Shown piece by piece: positions 53,997 to 64,000 of a DNA stretch of 64,000 nucleotides. Origin of the DNA: Octopus sinensis. Taxonomy: Eukaryota. The notes below the pieces were generated by a model that was not told where the DNA came from, searched no databases, and worked only from the letters and a program-made list of their open reading frames with translations. The DNA lies in assembly GCF_006345805.1 (NCBI RefSeq), contig NC_043004.1, positions 53,258,001-53,322,000 of the forward strand, given 5' to 3'. The position numbers were made by a program, and so were the translations under genes. Every line of letters begins with the position of its first letter. The first letter of the stretch is position 1.

Positions 53997-56627
53997 TAAC
54001 TCATATATACACACATATACATATATATGTATGTATATATTTGCATATGTATAGATATATGCGTGTATATATATGTATAATACGATATACATATTCATAA
54101 ATAAACGCACATGCCTACATACAAACACATGAACACACACGTGTACATACATTTATATATATGAGTCTGTGCGTGAGTATGTATGTATGCATATATGTAT
54201 GTATGTAAGTATGCCTGTGAGTATATGAATCTTAATATATTTGACATGGCACTATCCATTGAAATAATGGTGGTATGTTGTGAAATTGGTAACTTGAATA
54301 GCAAATAAAATAATATTAGTGCGGTACTGCAGTAAATTCCTGGATTGCATTGATTGTCTAAAAACATTGAACCCGGTGCCCTAGTAAGGCTGCAAATAAA
54401 TGATTGAAACTGTTTAAAGCATTTGTAAGTGTATAGGGGTTGTTGTGTATATGTGTGTATCTTTATCTGCTTGCGTGGATGAATGCGGCGCGAGTGGCAA
54501 AGGAGGGGAAATTCTTTCATATGGAAAAGAGAGGGAAAGAACATACGCAGATATTGAAACAAAATCGTATAACAATGAACCCATATCAAAAGCTCATCTA
54601 TTATAAAGGGAATTCCATGGTAAAAATCTGCCAATAGACACTCGCACACTCGACCTCTCACTGTATGCAGCTCTATTCCATTCTTTTTCATTACATTAAT
54701 ATGCTTCATTAATTATCCCCTATTTTTTCCATAAATTTTAAAATACATTGTTTATTTTTTGTTTGTTGTTCCTACTTTCTTTTTCGTTTACTGAGCTGGA
54801 ATTTGTTTCTATTTTCCATCTTAGTTCTCCGTTCATTTTTGTCTCCTCATTTCCTTACGTCATGTCAACTATATTCAAAATATTTTTATGCATATATTGT
54901 AGGGTCCTTTTAATTTTAATTTATTGATTGAATCTCACTTCGTACATTATAAATTAGAAAAAAAATATTTTCAGATTTTTTACTTAATGTTTATAATTGT
55001 TTTCAATTTAATTTTTTACTTTTGAAGTCTCCAATTTTCCTGTATGTAGCATGAATTTGTTATCAGGTCCAGCAATATTATGAACAACTATAGTATCAGC
55101 CATAACCACCACCACCACCAAAACAGCAACAATCTTCATTGCTGAGTGCTGCTTAGAGATATATATAACTTGTGAACACTCAGATCCACGGAAGTAGTAA
55201 AAATAACATATTTTATTCTATTATATAATTTTGAGTAATAAAGTGTATTCAGTCAGTATGGATCACCCAACCCTGTACTGCCTTGAAAGTTCGGCTAGTA
55301 ACTAGAACCTGGCATTTTATAACGTGTTTTTACATCTCTGAAATATCCCTGATGGCCCAATTTCTTTCTGTGACTTCATGTATATAATTTCACCTGTTCA
55401 ATGTCAAATACTCCTGTTTGGTCATACTGTAATAGGCCTCTTCTTCTGTTAGCATATTCCTCAGCCAACTATTTCCCGCAATATGACAATTTTTTTCTTT
55501 TAACGCAAGTAAAGGCAAAATTATCGTTCATATTTCGTACACAAGTCTTTCAAATGATACGTGTATGTCTTTGCAACTGAAACGAGCAATCCGGAATACT
55601 TCTAGCTCCCGATTCTCACTGCAAAGAGAAATCCTCTTGATTTCTGCTCTTTCTCTCTGGAAATGTGTGATATAAAGATTTTCTTCTAGTCTGTTCTTTT
55701 TGTCTTCTGTTGCTGACATCATACACTCTTTTGAGGCCCGCTCTTTCGTTTTCATTTGCTTAACTACTGAATCTTCCACTATAATATTAACTTACATCCT
55801 GACTATAGCCAGAAACACTCACAGGCCACCGTGAATTGTGATACAGAAAGCTCTAGATGTACTCTATTGTTTTTCCGACTGGTTTTAAAGTACTACGAAA
55901 CAATGTAATCAACATGTATGAAAATGGAATGAGCAATTAATTCAGATGCATTTTGTTTCTTGAACATAAGAAACCTTCTTGAAAGGTTTCTTATATTATA
56001 CGTGTTATGCATTGGAAAAACGTGATTTAACCAGATATGTTGTTAGGATTTATTTTAAAGAACCGACGCTGTAGGCTATGTAGTACCTTGAGACAGAAAA
56101 CGGACGGAATAGTGTGCGATTAATTATAATTAGAAAAACATTTAATCTATGTAAAGTTTATGCGTAGTTCCAAAACTTTGTTAATTCAGTTGCAAACTGC
56201 GGTAGTATATGTTCTGCATGACTCTTACAGAACATATGTATCACACAGTAAATTATGATAAGTCACATAACATTTGTTTGTACATAATACCTGAAACTAT
56301 TACACGAAGAATTTACTGAGACCATTATTTCTTCACGAAGAATTTAGTGGGACCATTATTTCTTCCGAATGTTGTAAAACATATCACACAGTTAATGGGA
56401 AACTTAAACATGATTCAATGATATGACATCCCGCATATTGCACAATTTCTACAAAGAGGGGCACGAAAAGCGGATATATAAATATCAAAATGCCAAGCAA
56501 ATGTGATACAGAAGCTCTTCCACTTTGCCAAATGATAACAGAGGAAACAGCTCAAGAAAACAGAGGTACACACGTTTCACTGTAAAAATACGCACAATGT
56601 AATATCAATATTAAAAATACGTTTCAG

Positions 56628-56810
56628 GTAACGAGCTTGTAGAATAGTTGCACGCCAAGAATATTGCGTGGCGGCATTTCGTCTGTCAAATTCAGACTTC
56701 TCCTTTCGTCATTTCGATGACCATGAAATAAGCATCAGCTGAAACATGGGGCTGATTACTTAGCCCCTACCACGAACTTGCTAGCCTTGTGTCAAATTTT
56801 CAAATCAGTT
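56628..56810 (+). mobile_element. Decayed tRNA-SINE of a third family; related decayed copies near 45890-46010 (+) and 62760-62970 (-)
   Basis: Remnants GAGCT.G.AGAAT.GTT..CAC, GCATTTCGTCT and CTGAGTTCAAAT. Confidence 0.55.
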
Positions 56811-57030
56811 TTAAAAACACGTTGCATGATTCTCATGTAACAATGATAATAGGTTACTCTGATCTATTTGAACCGCCACCCACATCTTAGGTTTTAATAT
56901 TCCAATAATGTTCACCTTTTTTCGGAAGTTATTTCTTCAATTCAAGGAGCTTCATTAAATAAATGTTCAATCAAGTATCAACAGAGTGTTAGTTGAGGCC
57001 CTGCTTAAGTCAATCTATAAATACACCAGT

Positions 57031-57335
57031 GGAGACACATGGCCTAGTGGTTAGAGCAGCGGACTCGCGGTCGAGGGATAGCGGGTTCGAATCTCAGACC
57101 GGGCGATGTGTGTGCTTATGAGCGAATCACCTAAGCCCCAAGCGGCACCGGCAGAAGGTTATGGCGAACTTCTGCTGACTCCTTCGCCACAACTTTCTCT
57201 CACTCTTTCCTCCTGCATCTTGCAGCTCACCTGCGACGGACCGGCGTCCCGTCCAGGTGGGGAACCTATACGCCAAGGAAACCGGGAAACTGGCCCTTCT
57301 GAGTCAGGCATGGCTCGAGAAGGAACAAACAACAT
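57031..57335 (+). mobile_element. SINE S2 head with a third tail (type c), 10-bp TSD
   Basis: ATACACCAGT at 57021-57030 and 57336-57345; A box TGGCCTAGTGG, B box GGTTCGAATCT; tail CACCTGCGACGGACCGGCGTCCCGTCCAGG. Confidence 0.9.
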
Positions 57336-58311
57336 ATACACCAGTTGAAGTATAACGAGCAAATAATATCACAAGTTTTGTCATAACTATGATGAAGATA
57401 CACCATGCATGTATTAGAATGTGTCCAATTGGACCCTTATTCATTTTGGTGTTGATTTATTTTATTTTATATGTTCAGTATATGTCTGGCTGGGGGATAT
57501 AATTTATTATATTGAGACTAATGCTTGAATGGGCGATATATTCTGGGATACGTCTTGCCCAGGCCGACATCAAGATCATAGCAGGTTAAGCTATGCCATA
57601 AACGGATACGGGGATGAAAACTTATCGTTAATGATAGACATATCCTTACGTTTCATCCAAGATATCGAACAGTTAGCAACATAATATCTGAGGGTACAAA
57701 ATTGTAACAATGACATAGGAAATAAACCTTTTCTTGGATAATAAAAATAAGACGAAGAGAAAATGATCATAAGATATATTATTGATTCCCTTGCAGGTTT
57801 CACTACACACTTCGGAAATAAAATTAAAAAAACAACAACTACTTGCTCTACTAGGTACAGCTTGCATTCTACAGAGACACGTTAAAATTTATGGTGAAAA
57901 ATATTCAATATTCGTTTTATCTTCCATGACCTTCGTTAGATAGTGACTAAAACCTTTGATCCACAGTAGAAAAAAATATTGTTCAACGTGTAGGAAAATA
58001 TCCTTGATGTCTAAATCAATAATGTATAACCAATTCAAAATATAAATTTTCTAGTTTTCAACCATTTTGGTATTTGTATATTTACTTTGAAATTTATTGA
58101 CCCTTTTATACTATACGTTTTTGGTCATTTTTAAGATTTTTTATCTTTTTCTCCAACAAAACTCACACATTGCCTTCAATAATTCAATATTTACTTAACT
58201 TTGTAACGGTTCAATAATTTACACTTTATAAGCTTTCCATAGAGTTTATGTAGCAAAAATAAAATAAATAAGCATAAATAGTATCAACAAGAACAACAAC
58301 AACAGCAACAT

Positions 58312-58365
<54 letters not shown>

Positions 58366-58523
58366 CAGTAGCAGCAGCAGCAGTTGTAGTATTAGTAGCA
58401 GCAGCAGTAGTAGTAGTGGTAAGCTTATATGGAAATAACAGAAATAATTAAAGATAAAGACATACATGTACAGACACACGCATAAATACATAGATATATA
58501 TGTATGTACACATAGACATGTAC

Positions 58524-58561
<38 letters not shown>

Positions 58562-58853
58562 ACACATACACATGTACACATGTATGCACAGGCACATACA
58601 CGTCCCTGCATACATATATATTGTAGCTAAAGAGAATATTATGCTGCGATTACTTAATTATATTTTCCTGTTCAATGAAAATCTACCACAACTTAGTCTC
58701 ACATCTATAAACATCACTGAATGTTAAATGAAAATTAAACAAGTGAGACGAACAGAGAAATATTTCGGTCGATAAATAGCAAAAAATAAGGTTTGAAAAA
58801 TAATACATACATATACATGAGCGTGTATGTATATATATATATATATATCTATA

Positions 58854-58955
<102 letters not shown>

Positions 58956-59828
58956 TACATTTATATATATTTATTTATATATATATATATATATATACAA
59001 ATGTGTGTGTGCGCGTGGATGCGTGTATATAAAGAGAGCGAGTGAAGGGAGAGCGATAGACAGCAGAGGGTAATGCATACATTCCTTCTACTAATAAAAA
59101 TATTTTGTTTATACGGTTCATATCACCTCTTGAAATGGATTTCTTTTTCTCTGAGCCCTTCCGACTATTAGAATAGAAAAAAAAAACCCACACAAATGCA
59201 TATATAGCAAACATATATAATGTAGCACATATATATCTTCATGCTTAAACTCATACTCTAGCATTCATGGGTTTATAAGCGTTGTGTATATGGCAAGTTA
59301 AAGGTCATATGCAAAAAATGACGACGCTTAATAGATGTAACGTACGAAGCGCTGTCCCCCTTTTCTTGTAACGATAAATGTATCACCGTAATATGCAGAG
59401 TTGTCTAAGGAGGTACAGATAGGTTTAAAGTTCAATCGAGTTATACGTATCGGTGTACACGTTGAAGTTTTAACCTTTTGCATCGATTCATTTCTTTTTA
59501 CTTTACTATATTGTTTACATCGAACGATGAAATCAAATAAATAAAATTCAGTTTCGTACAGTCGACAAAATACACTGTTTCTACAGGGAATGAACTCTGG
59601 TAGTCTAGAAAGATGTACCTACAATGTCGTCAGGGGAAATTCATCGAAAGAATAAAGACAAACTTAATAGTTTGTATATATTCGCTGTTAGTCACCGATT
59701 AGCTATTTATGATTTATAACGGAAACATTTTATAAGTAAAGGAAATCAAAAAGAACAAAACGAGAATTTGAAATTATAATTTCTGAAATTATGCTGGCAA
59801 CTTGTTTCATTTCTTTTAAAATATGAAA

Positions 59829-60215
59829 TACTAGCAGTATCGCCCAGCGTTGCTCGGGAAATAACTATATAAGCATTTTAAGAGAGTTATACCACCAAAA
59901 TAGCAAAAAAATGCATTAAAAATGGAAAACAAATGATGGTAAATTTTTTTTTAATCGTTGACTCATCGTAGACATTTTTAGAGAGTTACTTCCCTTATAT
60001 AATAGCAAAAAAATGCATTAAAATGGGAAAAATATTATGGCAAATTATTTTTAAAATGGTAGACTCATCGTAGACGCGCGCTAATACCCAGAAGGGCTCG
60101 ATATGAATCACGACTATAAGATACCCGGTTTTGGTTAAACTGCACCACATAATGTGGGAGTAGTTAGGAATCTAAATCGTAGGGGACAGACACAACTTGA
60201 CTTTTATATATAAAG
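59829..60215 (+). mobile_element. Helitron/Helentron-like non-autonomous element with an internal ~108-bp duplication
   Basis: Starts TACTAGCAGTATCGCCCAGCGTTGCTCGGG and ends GACAGACACAACTTGACTTTTATATATAAAG. Confidence 0.6.
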
Positions 60216-60591
60216 ATAACGGAAACATTTTATATGTAAAAGAAATCAAAACGAACAAAACGAGAATTTGAAATTATAATTTCTGAAATTATGTCGGGAA
60301 CTTGTTTCATTTATTTTAAAATATGAAATATATTTCCAACGTATTATAACCAAAGAACGGCGTCCATAAATACATCTTTGAATTTTTGTATTCGTTGATT
60401 CTAGAATATCACGAATTCATAAATGAAAGAGTAAAGAATATTCTATTCGTCGAGAATAGTGCGGTATTTCATGAGTCACAGGTGCTTCCTGCCGAGGCAC
60501 ATGTCCGCTTGCGTGACACTTAGGTGAGCATGACACTGTAGAAATTTTTTAAAAAATTTTTCAGTACGCAGACATCACATCTACCACAAAG

Positions 60592-60647
<56 letters not shown>

Positions 60648-60718
60648 GTAGGTCCCGGTTGATCCGGGGTTAACCACAGTAGTAAGGTACTCAATACATA
60701 GCAGAGTAAAATTATTTA

Positions 60719-60840
60719 TTATATAGAAGGAGCTTCTACAGGACTAGTACTGTTTCATTCAAGAGAAATCTTCAGGAAGCTTCCTGAAGATTTCTCTTGA
60801 ATGAAACAGTACTAGTCCTGTAGAAGCTCCTTCTATATAA
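60719..60840. ncRNA. Perfect 122-bp palindrome encoding a type I hammerhead on each strand (plus copy 60778-60828)
   Basis: AGCUUC-CUGAAGA-UUUC UCUU GAAU-GAAA-CAG UACUAGUC CUG-U-A-GAAGCU; symmetry centre at 60779/60780. Confidence 0.8.
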
Positions 60841-60982
60841 ATATATATATATATATATTATACATACATACATATGCGTCTGTGTGGGGATGGGGTGCTT
60901 GCGTGATAATATATTTATAACACACATACACATATATATATGTATGTATGTATGTATTTATATATGTATATATGTATATATG

Positions 60983-61030
<48 letters not shown>

Positions 61031-61033
61031 CAT

Positions 61034-61065
<32 letters not shown>

Positions 61066-61081
61066 AATATATATATATATA

Positions 61082-61246
61082 CAGGAGTGACTGTGTGGTA
61101 AGTAGCTTGCTAACCAACCACATGGTTCCGGGTTCAGTCCCACTGCGTGGCATCTTGGGCAAGTGTCTTCTGCTATAGCCCCGGGCCGACCAATGCCTTG
61201 TGAGTGGATTTGGTAGACGGAAACTGAAAGAACCCTGTCGTATATG

Positions 61247-61285
<39 letters not shown>

Positions 61286-61506
61286 TTGTGTGTCTGTGTT
61301 TGTTCCCCTAGCATTGCTTGACAACCAATGCTGGTGTGTTTACGTCCCCGTCACTTAGCGGTTCGGCAAAAAGAGATCGATAGAATAAGTACTGGGCTTA
61401 CAAAAGAATAAGTCCCGGGGTCGAGTTGCTCGACTAAAGGCGGTGCTCCAGCATGGCCGAAGTCAAATGACTGAAACAAGTAAAAGAGTAAAAGAGTAAA
61501 AAGAGT
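61082..61506 (+). mobile_element. SINE S1, near full length
   Basis: Near identical to the 41948 copy; (TAAAAGAG)n tail. Confidence 0.93.
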
Positions 61507-62682
61507 ATATATTTATTTATTTATTTATTTATCTGTATGTATATATATGTGTGTGTGTGTATCTGCTATATGTGTATATATGTGCGTGTGTTAATTGTTA
61601 AACGAATAACAAAAGAAGGGGAGTTACGTAACAGCTTTCAATACCATGCACTTGATGGTACTATTAGTACAAATACACCGAGCGTGGATTGTCAGTGCAA
61701 CATACAATGGGTTCTATTTAAATTGCTCTTAGATAACTACAGGATATCGCACGGTCACTAGCTCCAGTTGGAAACTCCATTATAAGAGAAAACCTGGAAG
61801 CAGACGAAAGTGATAAGGTAATTCAAGTCCATTTGTCATTCATATATTAATTAATATTACAGTGTATGTTGGATTGCTCCACACCATAGAACGTCAGGTT
61901 ATTCACGGTTCCGCTTTGTGCAACTCACTCATGTTTTGAAGTGTAATAACCGGCCTTTGGTAATATTACGACACAGCGAAATCCTTATATATAGACAAAA
62001 CAAGCATTCACGAACGCCCCCACCACAACCACGACCACCACCACATAAGCACCTTGCTACTCACTTTGGACTTCGATCGTGTTGGACAAAGCTATCCAGG
62101 ACTTTTATCGAACGAATCGACCCCAGAATTCATAAGAGGCTTGTATGCGTCACACCTGAGTTACGAATGCGTAAAGAAGACAAGCTCGGGTGTCTAAGAG
62201 GTGGAACAGTGCAACCATACAAAGACGAAAGTTACACACATAAAGGCGTGAAAATATATACATGTATATTTATTTATTTGCACATATTCTATCGATTTAT
62301 ATATACAGATATGTATGTGTATATATATATATATATATATATTATAATATATAATATATATATATGTATATGTATATGTACACACACATTCGCACGCACA
62401 TATCTACGCGCGCGCACACGCACACACTCACACACCCGTATATATCGACGGCTTTAGTTGAGCTCAACAAGAAGACTGAACTCAATGCAATGCGGTAAAG
62501 AGTCAAGCCTCTTAACACGCGACTACGACCGGCGTCTATATATAATATATATATATATATATATTATATATAATATATATATATATAATATATATATAGT
62601 ATATATATATATATAATATATTATATATACATATACATATACATATACAATACATATATATATATATAGAGAGAGAGAGATT

Positions 62683-62721
<39 letters not shown>

Positions 62722-63047
62722 TATATATTGCGCGCGTATGTGTGGGTGAACCTATGAACGTTTCTAATATAGGTTTCATACTTGAAAGTTGAGAGAGGTT
62801 TATAGTCAATTACGTAGAACTCCACCTCCCCGTATTAAACTGGTATTTTTACTTTCAACGCCGGAACGGATGGAAATCCAAGTTGATATCGACTGTATTT
62901 GAATGTTGAACCTAAAGAAGACGAAATGCTACAAAGTATTTTGTCCCACATGTTAACGATTCTGCCAGCTATCTACTTTTATACATGCACATATAATATG
63001 CATATTCATGTAAGAGTACTTACGTGTATATATATATACGTGGATTC

Positions 63048-63116
<69 letters not shown>

Positions 63117-63399
63117 CATATATAATACGTATATAAGTATACATGCTAGTTAGGATCTTACAACATTAGACGAGCCCGTGGTTTACTTTCATTTTGACAA
63201 GCCTGTAGCACGTATTTAAACCTCGTCATATTTGTAGGCACATCACACCTGTTTTTTCATATCGAGATAAACAGCGCATGACCTTGCAGGTGGCATCCAG
63301 TTACAATTTTCTTGTGGTCGAGTAGCCCATCCCGCACTAAAGGTCCCTGAACGAGGGTTGTTTAAGGATATTGATTGAAACACTAATGCTTCCAGGGGT

Positions 63400-63665
63400 G
63401 AATTATTCAAAGTCCAAAACATTCCTCTGAACACATGGCTATGATGATCCCCCAATACCTCTGCTCTTGATCAGAGATGCATATATCGTCAGCCAGCAAG
63501 TGACATGTACAAATGGTTAAGCGCAATAAACTGACAAGCAAATCTGTAGTATTGAGCAGAATATTTGCTGTAGCCTATCTTCTTTACCGAGACAAAACAT
63601 ATACATGATAACACTTCCAATCAGTTAAGACCATAAGCCATGAGAGCCAATGCCCAGTACTGCAT
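63400..63665. repeat. Unclassified repeat family C, copy 2
   Basis: See 44285-44580. Confidence 0.8.
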
Positions 63666-63963
63666 TTAAATAACCTTAGATCCCTAGAACCTTATTAAGT
63701 ATCGTAGCTGTCCCTGATAATGCATTTTTCTGGAGCTGCATTAAACGAGATTTTATGCCCATTTCCTCTATCAATCGTCAAAACTTCAGCAATATCCTAA
63801 TGCTCCAATAATTCTAGGGAAACATTGTACCAGCAGTTTCCAAAATCTCTGTAACTCAACGGTTAGATCCCGGTCATTTTCTATTATTTCTATACTTCTC
63901 ATATTGACGTTCTCATATTTGGGACTGTAAAGACAATTACTTTGCACTTGCCTTTCCCTTTGT

Positions 63964-64000
<37 letters not shown>

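Noticed and set aside
54095-54709. 204-aa minus-strand ORF
   Set aside because: The last third is microsatellite and I recognise no motif in the rest.
55255-55290. G-D-P-Y on minus as a possible RGM GDPH motif
   Set aside because: An immediate stop codon follows and no flanking RGM residues are present.

Overview
AT-rich eukaryotic DNA, dense in (TA)n, (CA)n and trinucleotide microsatellites and made mostly of transposable elements. The tRNA-derived SINE families look like those I recall from octopus genomes (inference, not verified). No host gene can be assembled with confidence, and most ORFs in the supplied track are microsatellite artefacts. Recognisable elements: a near-intact Neptune-type Penelope-like element (PLE; RT + GIY-YIG, 2963-5890, minus), a near full-length CR1-group LINE (about 26.4-30.4 kb), a decayed Hsmar1-like mariner with TIRs, further mariner, RTE and R4/Dong relics, two Helitron-like non-autonomous elements and about a dozen SINEs. 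The main signal is a set of hammerhead-ribozyme (HHR) elements sitting in (TA)n tracts. (1) A non-coding tandem array of ~472-bp, highly structured units, each with a complete type I HHR, preceded by an inverted partial copy (19225-20950). It looks like a retrozyme, predicted to yield circular RNA and to be mobilised by a PLE. (2) A minimal U3-A8 covariant HHR in both inverted arms of the PLE. (3) A perfect 122-bp palindrome encoding an HHR on both strands. (4) Other PLE-end families with variant or decayed HHR cores. Separately, the main SINE family shares its 3' tail, including a covarying stem-loop, with the CR1-group LINE.
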